In this document: positions 23,185 to 34,329 of the stretch, piece after piece
Layout: every line of letters begins with the position of its first letter
How positions within the stretch are numbered: the first letter of the stretch is position 1
The notes under the pieces: model-generated
Told to the model about the DNA's origin: nothing
What the model saw: the letters and a program-made list of their open reading frames with translations, nothing else
Database searches by the model: none
Assembly (NCBI GenBank): GCA_012862495.1
Contig: BLSG01000354.1
Location: forward strand, 1 to 61,449
Source of the DNA: Thraustochytrium aureum
Taxonomy: Eukaryota
Length of the DNA stretch: 61,449 nucleotides
Direction: 5' to 3'
Made by a program: the position numbers and the translations under genes

Positions 23185-24048
23185 ATGGCGATGGCTGCGG
23201 CGGCGCGCGTGGCGACGTGGGGCTGGGCCGCGGGAACGGCCGCCGGAGCGGCCAGGAGCGGACGCGCGGGGATCGGGCTCAGGGGCGCAAGAGGACTGGC
23301 TGGAGCTGGAACGCTGCAGCAGCGGGTGGTGGGGCGGCACGCGATCGGCGTGGACGCGCACGCCGCGCAGCGAGGGTCGGCCGTGCCCGCAGCCGTTTGG
23401 ACCGGCGCACGCGGGTTCTCGACGCTAAAGTACCGGGACCCCTCCTCCAAGTACAAGACGCCCATGAAGATTGAGCCCTTGTTCGACGAGGAGGGCCGCG
23501 AGCTGATCAAGCTGCGGCGCGGCGGGTACGCTGTCAAGCTCCGCGAAGTCGAGGTCTTGCGCGAGAGCATCCCGACGAGCGTGAAGAAGCTCAACTTGCT
23601 GTGCCAGCTGATCCGCAACATGCCTGTCCCTAATGCCCTGCTCCAGCTCCGGTACGCGCGGCAGATCCGGTCCGCGGACATCATGCAGCAGATCCACGAG
23701 GGACTCAAGCGAGCCGAGGAGCAGCACGGCCTTGGGCCAAAGCAGCTCAAGATCGCCTATTGCATCATCGGCCGCGGGCCGTACTTGAAGCGCCTCGATA
23801 TCAAGGGCCGCGGCCGCGCTGGCCTTATCACGCGGCCTTTCTGCAATCTGACCATCGTGCTGCGCGAGGTCGACAGCGCCGACGACAACCCCTGGGTGCC
23901 GCCGGGCCAGCGCAAGAGCGGCTTCCGCAACGTGCTCCGCAAGTTCAAAAAGTTGAAGACCGGCCCAGTGCCAGTTGCGGTGCCCGAACTCCCAGACCCC
24001 ACGCGGTCCACGCCGAGCTTGGCACCAGCGCCGGCCCCTTCAGCATAA
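23185..24048 (+). CDS. MRPL22: Mitochondrial ribosomal protein uL22m with a long transit peptide
   Basis: SVKKLNLLCQLIRNMPV..ALLQL and IGRGPYLKRLDIKGRGRAGLITRPFCNLTIVLRE. Presequence ends at ARGFS. Confidence 0.9.
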   Translation: MAMAAAARVATWGWAAGTAAGAARSGRAGIGLRGARGLAGAGTLQQRVVGRHAIGVDAHAAQRGSAVPAAVWTGARGFSTLKYRDPSSKYKTPMKIEPLFDEEGRELIKLRRGGYAVKLREVEVLRESIPTSVKKLNLLCQLIRNMPVPNALLQLRYARQIRSADIMQQIHEGLKRAEEQHGLGPKQLKIAYCIIGRGPYLKRLDIKGRGRAGLITRPFCNLTIVLREVDSADDNPWVPPGQRKSGFRNVLRKFKKLKTGPVPVAVPELPDPTRSTPSLAPAPAPSA

Positions 24049-24434
24049 ACAGCATTATCTCCTCCAATCCTCGCCCTGCGCGCACNNNNNNNNNNNNNNN
24101 NNNNNNNNNNNNNNNNNNNNNNNNNNNNNNNNNNNNNNNNNNNNNNNNNNNNNNNNNNNNNNNNNNNNNNNNNNNNNNNNNNNNNNNNNNNNNNNNNNNN
24201 NNNNNNNNNNNNNNNNNNNNNNNNNNNNNNNNNNNNNNNNNNNNNNNNNNNNNNNNNNNNNNNNNNNNNNNNNNNNNNNNNNNNNNNNNNNNNNNNNNNN
24301 NNNNNNNNNNNNNNNNNNNNNNNNNNNNNNNNNNNNNNNNNNNNNNNNNNNNNNNNNNNNNNNNNNNNNNNNNNNNNNNNNNNNNNNNNNNNNNNNNNNN
24401 NNNNNNNNNCGAGGCGAGCTGCGGTCTGGCGGAG

Positions 24435-25340
24435 ATGGCCCACAGCGCGGCGCCCGGCGGCGCGGTTGGCGCGGGCCCCGGCGTCGTCGCGGTGGCCGCC
24501 GCGTGCGAGAGCAGCGAGGACGAGTCGGAGTTTCCGCTGGCGCACTTGGCTCCGGTGCTGTTCCAAGAGGACGAGGCGGCAGCGGAGCGGCGCCGCAAGG
24601 CGCTGCGCGGGCGCGACGCGCTCGAGGCGCGGACGTGGAGCATGGAGGGCAAAGACTCGTACACTCTCAAGGACGGCAGGCGCGTGCGCGTCAAGCAGGT
24701 GGACGGGCAGCAGCAGATGGTGGTTTGGGACTGCGCTGTTGTGCTCGCGAGGTTCCTCGAGCGAAACGCCAGCCTCGTGGTCGGGAAGGCCGTCATCGAG
24801 CTCGGCTGCGCCGTGGGGCTGCCCGGCATCGTGAGCGCAGCGCTTGGCGCGCGGCGCGTAGCGCTGACGGAGCGAGCCATCGCAATCTCGTCCGTGCGCG
24901 CCCAGGTAGATGCGAACAAGGCCTTGTGGCCTGCAGGGCGAGTGGAGGCGCAGCCCTTGGACTGGGACGCCGGCGTGTCGCCTGCCAAAGCCGCCGCCGT
25001 GGGGGCCCCCGTGGACGTCGTGCTGTGCTCGGACTTGATCTACGCGGGCGACGCGGAGACAACACAGCAGCTCGTTGGCGTCATCGAGGCGGTGACGTCT
25101 GGTGCGCCGCCCGGGGCTCTTGTCATCAGCTGCTTTGAGCTGCGCCATGTTGGCTTTTGGCACGGCGGGGCGCGCTCGAGCTCCAAGGCGCAAGACGAGC
25201 TCTTTTCGCAACTGCTTGCCGAACGGGCTGGCTTTTCGGACGTTACCGTGGTCGCACAGGCAGACATGGACGCCGAGTGCCAGGACGAGCGCATCTCCCT
25301 CAAGATCTTTCGCAAGGACGGCATCACTCGCCAGGGCTAG
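24435..25340 (+). CDS. Seven-beta-strand protein lysine methyltransferase, METTL21/Methyltransf_16 family
   Basis: VWDCAVVLARFL, VIELGCAVGLPG, ALTE, LDW and DVVLCSDLIY (DxxY). Confidence 0.88.
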   Translation: MAHSAAPGGAVGAGPGVVAVAAACESSEDESEFPLAHLAPVLFQEDEAAAERRRKALRGRDALEARTWSMEGKDSYTLKDGRRVRVKQVDGQQQMVVWDCAVVLARFLERNASLVVGKAVIELGCAVGLPGIVSAALGARRVALTERAIAISSVRAQVDANKALWPAGRVEAQPLDWDAGVSPAKAAAVGAPVDVVLCSDLIYAGDAETTQQLVGVIEAVTSGAPPGALVISCFELRHVGFWHGGARSSSKAQDELFSQLLAERAGFSDVTVVAQADMDAECQDERISLKIFRKDGITRQG

Positions 25341-25346
25341 CTAGCT

Positions 25347-25400
25347 CGAGAGCGCTTGTCGGCTCGAGAGCGCTTGTCGGCCCGAGAGCGCTTGTCGGCC
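25347..25400. repeat. 18-bp tandem repeat x3 (CGAGAGCGCTTGTCGGCY) immediately after the methyltransferase stop codon
   Basis: Read directly from the sequence. Confidence 0.9.
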
Positions 25401-25599
25401 CGCGAGCTGCTCTCCGGCTACAAAGCCGGGCGCGCGCCCCACCTGGGCAAGCGCCGGTGCGCGGCCCGGTCGCCTCGCGCGGTGTTGCTTTGCTGGCTTG
25501 ACCTTTGACAAGTTGCTGACGCCGTACGAGACGAGGAGGAGGGCTTATCGACAGCAATTCGAAACGAAAATGAGAAACGAAACCGAGTTGGCGGCTGCA

Positions 25600-28265
25600 C
25601 TAAACCTGAAGAAGAGAGTCGCCTCCGCTTCCGCTTCCGCTTCCGCCGCCGGGAGGGTTGTAGGCTTCCCTGCCCTGCGAGGTGACCTCGTCGTGGTCGC
25701 GCCCGCCTGCGGTAGCGTTTAGCGGAACGTAGTTGGAGTCCTCGACCGAGTCGTCGATGTCAGCGTGCAGTGACGGGGCAAACGAGCTCGAAGCGCCTCC
25801 GCGAGAAGACGCAAGGGAAGAAAGGCGGTCCCGAGCGGCGGACGCAGCGTTCGAAACGGTATCCCCGATCGAGTCGAAAATCCGCCCTGCTGCTCCGCCC
25901 GAGGCACCACCGCCCTGGCGTCGCTTGCGAATAACCACGGCGGCGCCGCCCAGCGTGCCAAGAACAACGAGCACGATAAGGACCGTCACGCCTGCGCTTG
26001 ACCCTTCCGCAGCTTCCGGTCTGCAATGGGATCTTGAAACGGTGATGCGCCAGCGGTTGTTCTCGTTGTTGGTGCCGGGGAACGCATTGCCAGCCATGTC
26101 AATCACTGCAAGTGAGGGGATATTGATCATGTACTCGCCTTCGTCCAAGCAGGGCACACTCATGACACTCAGAACGATCGTGTCGTCGTCCCACACAGTC
26201 TTGGTCAAGTGCACGAGAGTTCGGTTGAGCAACGGGATCCGGAACTCGGGGAACCGCTTGGTCAGCTCTCCGGCCCCGTTGACTTTCCAAAACGAAATCT
26301 CGCCGGTGCGGAGCTTGATCTGCTCGTCAAACTGGATCGAAAACTGCGGGCTGATTTGACGGCTTTTCCCGGCCTCCATGAAAAAGTGCCAATGCAACTC
26401 AAGGCTTGACCCTTGCGGGGGGTTGAACGCGACAACACTCGGCGGCAAACCGTCCATTCGAAAGCAGTTGTCCTCGTCCGCCTCCTTGATTTTAATCGCA
26501 AAGGTGCTGAGCGCAGTTTCGCCCTTGAGCGACTCACACATCTCCTTCGGACCCTTCGAGCCGAGCGTCTGGGAAAAGTACGGGTCATCTTTGCAGCTTT
26601 GGTACAGCGTCACGCACGTGTCTTCGCAAAAGTGAGCGGTGATTTGTGTCTTGACGTTGAACTCAACGAAGCGACCCTGGGACGCCATGCACGGAAAGCA
26701 GTTTAGAGTGTCAAGCGCGCGCAGGCAAGCAGGCGACTTGATCAACGAGTGGAGCCGCTCCTGCACTGGCACCAGCATCTTGTTGATGAACGACGCAGAG
26801 CAGCACGACCGCGGGTTGCTCTTGAAGACGCACATGTTGTTGGTCACATTCTCGAGCGGCCGGGGGAGCGCACCAAGCTGGCCGAATCCAGCGTCGTCCG
26901 TGTCCAAGAAAAGCAGGCAGCGGTCGTCATCCTCCGACCCCGGGTCGTTCCCGGACCCGCCGACGAAGCGCTCGCAAAGGCTCGGCCGGCGCCGGCCGTC
27001 GCACTGCACGTTGAACCACTCGTTGGAATACACCGTGGGGCTGCCCGGCCCGCCGTCAGACTTGTCGACCTTGACGTGCCGCAGCGCAACGCAGTCGTAG
27101 TCGTCCCCGTTCGCGAGCGGGTGGTCTTTGGCCCAAGCGAGAAAGTTGACGATCGACTGGTCGGTCCAGGCAAAGTGGCCCTCCGTCGAGATGTCGTTGA
27201 GCCCGATGAACACGCCGAGGTCAGAGTTGCCAGACCTCGGCAGGAGCGAGCCGAGGATGTTGTTCTCCTTGACGCTGTGCGCCGAGGCCAAGCTCCCTCC
27301 CTCTGCCTTGCATGCGTCGTTGGCTTCGCTGAAGACCAGAGCGTCGCTGTTGTACCAGTACTCGTACCCGTACTTGCGGACGCGGCCGAGAAACTTGACA
27401 CCAAAGCAAAAGATCTCCGAAGCGGGATTGCTGTCGCTGCCGGGCTCTTGGATCCATATCTCCCTCCCCCCGTCCCCCACGTCGGCGTACGCCCGCGTTC
27501 GTCGATCAGAATGGTCAGGCGCTCCCACTGCGTGCGCGAGTCGTCTTCTGCAGCATAGTTGGCTGCTTTCCAGTCGGCAGGAGCGACTTTGGTGCACCGC
27601 CAGTGCTCGTCGGTGCCAAAGTTGTCCGAAACCGACACTTGAAAGCTGGCCACGCCGGCCTTGGACCGCACGGCGCGGACGGCAATCCGTTGGTAGGTGT
27701 CCGGGATAACGTCTGTCACTTTGTGTACTTGGATGCCGTCCACGAATACCTGGAGCTCGGAAATCCCTCGCGTGCTCGCCGTGATCTCCTCCATATCGCC
27801 GTTGTGGATCGTGGCCTTGGTTGTGGCAGTGTTCGACTTTTGGATCAGGTCGCCAGATTCTTTCGTGATCATGCAAATGGGAAAGTTGATTTGCCCATCA
27901 ATCTCAACGGTGCGCTGAATAGCGTACGTCTCGCCCTCGTTTGGGTTGACGACAACTAGCGCGGGCACCTCGGTGAACGCAAGAGCCTGGATTCGAGAGA
28001 TCTCGCTAGCGATGCTGCAGGTTTCGCTCACATAAATCACCAGTATGTTGCTTGTCGGGAAAATCAACCCGCACCGGCCGAGCTGCAAGCGGCCCTTGAT
28101 TCCGACATGCGGGACAGGCGCGCCCACGTTAGCGGGCTCGCACGGAATCGCGTCCAGGCCCTCCACGTTGAGCATCGTGCGCTCGTCCCCGACGTGCGCA
28201 GCTCCCATCTCCACGAGGCCCAGCGCCGCGACAAAAGCCGCTGCGACGACCCAGGCCCGCGCCAT
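25600..28265 (-). CDS. Type I membrane receptor: signal peptide - PA domain - beta/lectin-like module - C-type lectin - folate-receptor/HHIP-like Cys-rich domain - bacterial-type Ig-like (Big_5) - TM - cytoplasmic tail; one apparent frameshift near 27500
   Basis: Signal MARAWVVAAAFVAALGL; PA-like CSIASEISRIQA..ALVVVN..INFPICMITKESGDLI; TDEHWRCT..PADW..DDS..W; CTL FSEANDACKAEGGSLAS..FIGLNDISTEGHFAWTD..DCV..WFNVQC..LCE; folate-receptor-like SCCS..CLRALDTLNCFPC..FCEDTCVTLYQSCKD..MCE..CF; Ig-like PPSVVAFNP..QFDEQI..AVIDMAGNAF; TM followed by RKRR. Confidence 0.8.
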
Positions 28266-29573
28266 CCTCCAACCGCGCCGCGCGCGTCCCACACCCGTTC
28301 AGCAAACAGGCCCAACCAGCCCGCGCCGCGCCGCCGGCACTTCCTTCCCGCCTTCCTTCCTTCCCTCCTTCCTTTCCAGCCGTCCCCGAACCTGCCTGCC
28401 TCCTACGCTCGTGCGCGCCTCGCGGACCGTGCGCACGCGCCCGTTGCGGGTCTGTCTGCTGCTCTGCTCACCTGAAGATACGAGTGTACGACATGTTCAA
28501 CCCGCCGATCCGCTGCCTGCCTCCCTGCCTGCCTGCCTGCTGCCCTGGCCGCCCAGGCTCTGTCGCTCGCGCGCAGGAGAGAGGACGACGCGCAGAGGAC
28601 GCCGAAGCGCTGCGAGCCGAGCGGCAGCCGCGCGCGACGGCATCGAGGCGGATGGCGCGCATCTGGGTGGGCAGCCAGCCAGCCCGCCATGCGCGCCACG
28701 TGCGCATGGCGGCTTGCGCGCCCGATCGGCACGGGACGCGCCGCGCTCCGCATGCTCTAGCTAGTGCATCGCCTGCGCGTGGTGCCGCTGGCGCTGCAGG
28801 CCGAGAAGGGCAAAGTGGGCGGCAACGCAACGTCAACGCGCTAAACGGCAAGCCGGAAACGCAACGCACGCAGGCCAGGATAGCCCTTTCTAGAGCTCTA
28901 GAGCTAGTAGAGTTAGAGCTGGAGACGGGCTTGGGGATGACTCCATCGATTGAAAGCGTGAAGTGGCCGACCACGGCCGGGCGTTTTTGCGTGCAGTGGC
29001 GGAAGCTGAGGTTGCCAACAAAGGCCCCAAACGATCAATCGATGGACCTCGAGACCGGCGACGCGGACAGGAGCGATTTCGCTCGGCGCCGGGGAAAGCG
29101 GCGTGGCGCGGGTAGCTTGGGAGGCGAAACACCTTGACGAGGGGATCCCTCCAGACTTGGGACTTGCGAAAGGCCCGTCGGGCTGCCGCCACTCTCCATC
29201 ATCGACGGGCAAGTGGAGGCATCCAGGTTAGACGTGACGTCAAGGCGAGTAACGCGCTGTTCGTTTCGTCCGGAGCGAACAGATCGGGCTGATGAAGGCG
29301 TGCGGCATGCCGGCGAAGAGGCGAGTTGTGCGCGTTGGGAAACCAGGGATCTTGAAATCGTGGCACCTGTTGAAGTTCTTGGTCAAGTCCGCGAACCCGT
29401 GCATCTGGACCGCGTTCGTCGGGGACGAGCCCATTTTCGGTCGGGAAGCACGACGAGGTCGTGGTCGTTTTCGTTTTCGTTTCGTATCCGTTTTCGTTTT
29501 CGTTTCTGAATTCTGATGATGATCGCTCTGGTGTTTGGTGATTGCTTAGGGGGGTACACTATTCATGTTGACT

Positions 29574-29604
29574 CTAGCTAGCTAGCTAGCTAGCTAGCTA
29601 CTAG
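29574..29604. repeat. (CTAG)n microsatellite, about 7 units
   Basis: ctagctagctagctagctagctagctactag read directly. Confidence 0.9.
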
Positions 29605-30638
29605 AGGCAGCGTCGCTTTAGACAAGTGCGCGGCGCTTGCCGCCTCGCGTCAACCTTGATCGCTGACGACTCGTGGTAATCCGGGAACGAATCCNNNNNN
29701 NNNNNNNNNNNNNNNNNNNNNNNNNNNNNNNNNNNNNNNNNNNNNNNNNNNNNNNNNNNNNNNNNNNNNNNNNNNNNNNNNNNNNNNNNNNNNNNNNNNN
29801 NNNNNNNNNNNNNNNNNNNNNNNNNNNNNNNNNNNNNNNNNNNNNNNNNNNNNNNNNNNNNNNNNNNNNNNNNNNNNNNNNNNNNNNNNNNNNNNNNNNN
29901 NNNNNNNNNNNNNNNNNNNNNNNNNNNNNNNNNNNNNNNNNNNNNNNNNNNNNNNNNNNNNNNNNNNNNNNNNNNNNNNNNNNNNNNNNNNNNNNNNNNN
30001 NNNNNNNNNNNNNNNNNNNNNNNNNNNNNNNNNNNNNNNNNNNNNNNNNNNNNNNNNNNNNNNNNNNNNNNNNNNNNNNNNNNNNNNNNNNNNNNNNNNN
30101 NNNNNNNNNNNNNNNNNNNNNNNNNNNNNNNNNNNNNNNNNNNNNNNNNNNNNNNNNNNNNNNNNNNNNNNNNNNNNNNNNNNNNNNNNNNNNNNNNNNN
30201 NNNNNNNNNNNNNNNNNNNNNNNNNNNNNNNNNNNNNNNNNNNNNNNNNNNNNNNNNNNNNNNNNNNNNNNNNNNNNNNNNNNNNNNNNNNNNNNNNNNN
30301 NNNNNNNNNNNNNNNNNNNNNNNNNNNNNNNNNNNNNNNNNNNNNNNNNNNNNNNNNNNNTTTTCAATCTTGAAAGACACAGCGATCAATCGGTCATTCG
30401 CAGGGCCGATCGGACCGACTGGAACTTGCAAACCTGTCTCCAACGCCTGTCAGAGCAGGCGGGACGCGGCCAGACCTGTCGCCGGACGCTCGCAGAGTTG
30501 GGCGCCAGCGCGAGGCTGGCACGGTGCCACGGCTTTCGTTTTCGGCCTGGGGGTACAGGCCAGGCGGTCCAATCAAACAAGGCCGTGCTTGCCTTCCGCC
30601 GGTAGACTTTTCGCAAACGCAGCCAAGGACGCCGAGCG

Positions 30639-31981
30639 ATGGCGCCGAGGAGCGACGACAGGCTGGCAGTGATGGAGCGCGAGCAGCGCGGGTCGGCCGT
30701 GGTGGCGAAAAACAAGTTTGACTATATGCTTGAGGACGCCGCAAGGTCGTTCCGCCTGACCGAGCGCGCCAAGGCCGAGATCGTGCACAACCAGCTTGTC
30801 CAGTTCAGTGAGATCTTGAAGATCAAGCTGCGCAACCGGCTGTTCCAGACAAGATTCCGCGCGCGGCAGCTCTGGGCCACAATCGAGAGCAACGGCGGGT
30901 CCTTTTTCGTCCCTCGGGCGTCCAAGCCGTCAACTGGGACGGCGACCAAGGCGGGACGAGCCGCGCAAACGGAGGAGGCCCTTCAGCAGCGGCAGCATCC
31001 GCATTGGGTGTAGCTGGACCACCCTCGTCTATCGGGGTCGATGGGTTGCAGCAGGTCGGTGGGGCCCTCTCGCTGGTGTTCCCTCAGAGCATTTTGGGCC
31101 GACTCGGATTTGGACTCGTGTCTGTTCTAACTGTGGGCTCGCTCTACCGCAAACTGATCCAGGACCTGCGGCCCGTGGTTGTCCTCTTCGTTGGACTTAA
31201 CGTGTATCGCTCGGCGCAGCTCAAGGTGCAGGCCCTCGAGCTTCAGCGCGCACTCAACGTCCTCCTCGCGTTCGAGGAGAATGGCGAGGACGAGCTCGAG
31301 TCGGAACGCGTCGTGCGCGAGGTGGCGGAGCAAATCGCCGTCCGGCACATCAACCACGTGGCCAAGCTCTCGAAAAACGGGCAAAAAACGCTGGCCGCGG
31401 TCATGGTGGACCGCGTCTTCCGCCACCTCGAGCGCCACCGGTTCTCCTACGACGGCGAGTCGCTCGTTTGGTACGTGAGCGAGGCGCAGCAGTTTGCGTG
31501 GCAGCTCGAGTCGTTCTGGAAGCGCCTCACCTTGCCTGCAGACCGCGTATTCGTCCGCCCTCGCCTTGGCCTCGTGGACAGGTGCTTTCGCGCGCTTGCT
31601 GCCGAGTCCTCCGAGAACGATGACCGTGTGCTTGAGCTTGAGCCCTTCCACGAGGAGGAGACGGACGGGCGTACCGAGCAGGAGGGGCGCCGCCGGACCT
31701 GGACGGCCGCAGGCGTCCTTAGCCGGTCGGGCATTCTCGTCCACGACGTCGGCCGCGTTTACGTCCACTCGCAAACAGACCTCGGCCTGTACGGATGCGC
31801 GTACGGCACGCTGCGCGAGGTGGAATGGCGCCACCTTCGTCCCTATGTGGAGCGCGAGGGCGGCGAAGGGGCACCAGAGGAGCCTCCGGAAGCACCAGAC
31901 GTCTCTGCGCACGATCCGCCAAACCGTTCTGAGCTCAAGACCGCCCGCCCAAACGCGCCGCGGGAGCGCTCGCGGCTATAG
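30639..31981 (+). CDS. Hypothetical protein with a central hydrophobic/glycine-rich segment; apparent frameshift near 31000
   Basis: Overlapping ORFs 30639-31013 and 31004-31981 with genome-typical GC3 codon usage. No family recognised with confidence. Confidence 0.65.
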
Positions 31982-32243
31982 CACAGCGTTTCGCTCGCGG
32001 CTTTTTTCCCGGCCCTTGCACAGCTTGACGCGCCAAACGCTCGCGGCTGTGGCAGCTGCGGTCTAGGTGCGCTGTGTTCGTGCGCCGTTCCTACGACACG
32101 CAGAGAAGTAAGGCCTCAAATTTGATCTTGGTATTGCGCAGCACGCAGGGCTGAGCGCGCATGACTTTGCTGTGCTGCAGCAACTCAATAATCCGATGCC
32201 GAAGCGGAGCCGCGGCGGCAGCTGCAGCGGGGGCCGCGTGGAC

Positions 32244-33305
32244 TCACCACTCGGACTCGGTCTCGTCCAGCGCGTCGATCGAGGCAAGCTCCTCCGCGTC
32301 CAGCGATTCCGCGGTTGGGAGCAACAACCTCGCATTTGCGACAATGTGCTCGTGAGAGGTTGACCTTGGCAGCACGATCGCGTCGCGCTGCAGCGCCCAC
32401 CGCAGTGCGACATCAGACCACCCGAGACCGTGCATTTGCCCAATACGCTGGATCACGTTGCTTTCGCGCACGACATTCCGCCGCGGCCCCCGGTATTCCC
32501 ACTGGCCGCCCAACGTGCTGTACGACGTGTAGGCAATCTCGTGCTGCTTGCATAGCTGGCGGACAGCGAGGTCGCCGTGAAAGGGATCCATCCAATTTTG
32601 CACAACGTGCGGCCGAATACGCGAGCCCTGAATCGCCGCGCCGAGGAGATTCTCGTCAAAGTTGCTCACCCCGATGGCGCGCACGACGCCCTGGTCGACG
32701 AGGTCCTCCAGGGCCCGCCACGAGTCCTGCCAGGTCCCCTCAATCTCGGCGCCGCGACAAGACTCTATCCACGGTCCGCATTCGGGAAAGTGCAACAGGA
32801 CGAGGTCCAGATAGGGCGTGCCCAGCGTCTCCAGCATACCCAAGACCGCACCGCGCGTACTGCGCTCGCCCAAATGCAAGGGGTGGACCTTGCTCGTTAT
32901 GAACAAGTCAGCGCGTGTCGCCCGGCCGTCGCGGATGAATCTGTTCAAGGCGGCCCCAACGGCGCGGTCGTCGTACCACTCGGTTGCCTCTGCTCCGTCA
33001 AAGTGGCGAAACCCTGCCTCGAGGGCCCACCGCACGGCTTGCTCCGTTTGCTCGCCTCGCATCCCTGCCGTGCCAAACCCAACGCGAGGCATTTCGACGC
33101 CGTTCCACAAGACCACGTTCGCGTTGCCGGGCCAACCCCCACCACTCCCCTTCGCCAGGTCTCTGCCCCACGGCGCCGCCGCGACAAGGACGGCCATCGC
33201 CGCCGCCAGGGCGGCGACCCCGAGGCTCCACCGCGCGCGCGCGTGCGGTGGCGTCTCGTCCCGTGCGCTGTCAGCTCGACGAGCCTGCATTTTCCTGGAC
33301 GCCAT
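32244..33305 (-). CDS. Aldo/keto reductase with an N-terminal signal anchor
   Basis: LWNGVEMPRVGFGT, GFRHFDGA..EWY, DLFITSK, YLDLVLLHFP, RAIGVSNF, ALRWALQ and LPRS. Hydrophobic SLGVAALAAAMAVLVAAAPW near the N-terminus. Confidence 0.9.
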   Translation of the reverse strand: MASRKMQARRADSARDETPPHARARWSLGVAALAAAMAVLVAAAPWGRDLAKGSGGGWPGNANVVLWNGVEMPRVGFGTAGMRGEQTEQAVRWALEAGFRHFDGAEATEWYDDRAVGAALNRFIRDGRATRADLFITSKVHPLHLGERSTRGAVLGMLETLGTPYLDLVLLHFPECGPWIESCRGAEIEGTWQDSWRALEDLVDQGVVRAIGVSNFDENLLGAAIQGSRIRPHVVQNWMDPFHGDLAVRQLCKQHEIAYTSYSTLGGQWEYRGPRRNVVRESNVIQRIGQMHGLGWSDVALRWALQRDAIVLPRSTSHEHIVANARLLLPTAESLDAEELASIDALDETESEW

Positions 33306-34133
33306 CCCTGGCCGAGCCGCCGCCGCGGAGGCCAACCGCCGCTCTTTGATGCGAGCCTGGGCGACCCTGGGCGCGTCCGCGGCGGCTCGTGCCTTGAGCC
33401 TCTGCGCGCTGCTCCGCGGGCACTCTGCGACAGCTCGAGCGGGGGCGCGACACAACTCTATTCCAAGATCAACACTGACTCGAGTTGGAAACTTGGAATG
33501 AGGGAGGCCCAGCCAGGCGAGATCACGATCGCGCCTGCAGGAGATTGAGATGCAGATTCCCGGTCTCTTCGCGTCGGAGGAGGCTGGTGCGCAACAACAC
33601 CGTTGTCGGGCTCCGAAACGATCGAGCTGACCGCGCCAGAGTACAGCCCGACCTGGAGCTGAGCAACCGCTACCTATCCGAGAAGGTGTCGCGCGAGGAG
33701 TTTTGGCGCAGATCGTGGGTTGCGAAGGCCCACGGCCGACCCACGGCTGCAACGTTTTGCCGGAGAACGGGGTTGAGGATGAATACGAGACGCTGGCCCA
33801 GACGACGATGGGTCTGGCCTTGCGTTTGCGTTCCCGGAGTCTCGGCTCTCGCCGGGCAGCTACTCGCTCCGAATCCTCGTCATCGCGAACGTCTCGGCTT
33901 CGCCTGGAGCGATCGAGGCGCGCGCGCAAATTGCCGGCGGGAGGTGGTTGTTCTCGTGTCCTTCAATTTGACGGCGCCAGGAAATCAAGGCGAGCGGTTT
34001 GCTGCTGAGCGTTTGAGGCACCGGTTCCGCTTCGCGCGAGAACAAAGCGCGTGAGCCGGCAAGCTCTTGGTCTTTGCTAGGTTCACGCCGGATTCCTCTG
34101 CGCCAGCAAAACCAGTCGATGGCAACAGGCGGA

Positions 34134-34329
34134 TGATTTTTGGGCGGCTTGCGCTACCAGTTGGTCTCGCCGTTCACGATTTTTGGTGGCATCGACGGTG
34201 GCTTGCGCTAGTTGGTCTCGCCGTGCATGATTTTTGGTGGCCTCGTCGGCGGCTTGCGCTGGTTGGTCTCGCCGTTCACGATTTTTAGTGGCATCGACGG
34301 TGGCTTGCGCTGGTTGGTCTCGCCGTGCA
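34134..34329. repeat. 51-bp minisatellite, about 3.5 units, with alternating A/B variants
   Basis: Units start at 34160, 34211, 34262 and 34313 (GTTGGTCTCGCCGT...GATTTTTGGTGGC...GGCTTGCGCT), preceded by a partial unit. Confidence 0.9.

Noticed and set aside
34134..34329. 51-bp repeat array as a CRISPR array
   Set aside because: Whole units repeat with no unique spacers, no cas genes are present, and the context is eukaryotic.
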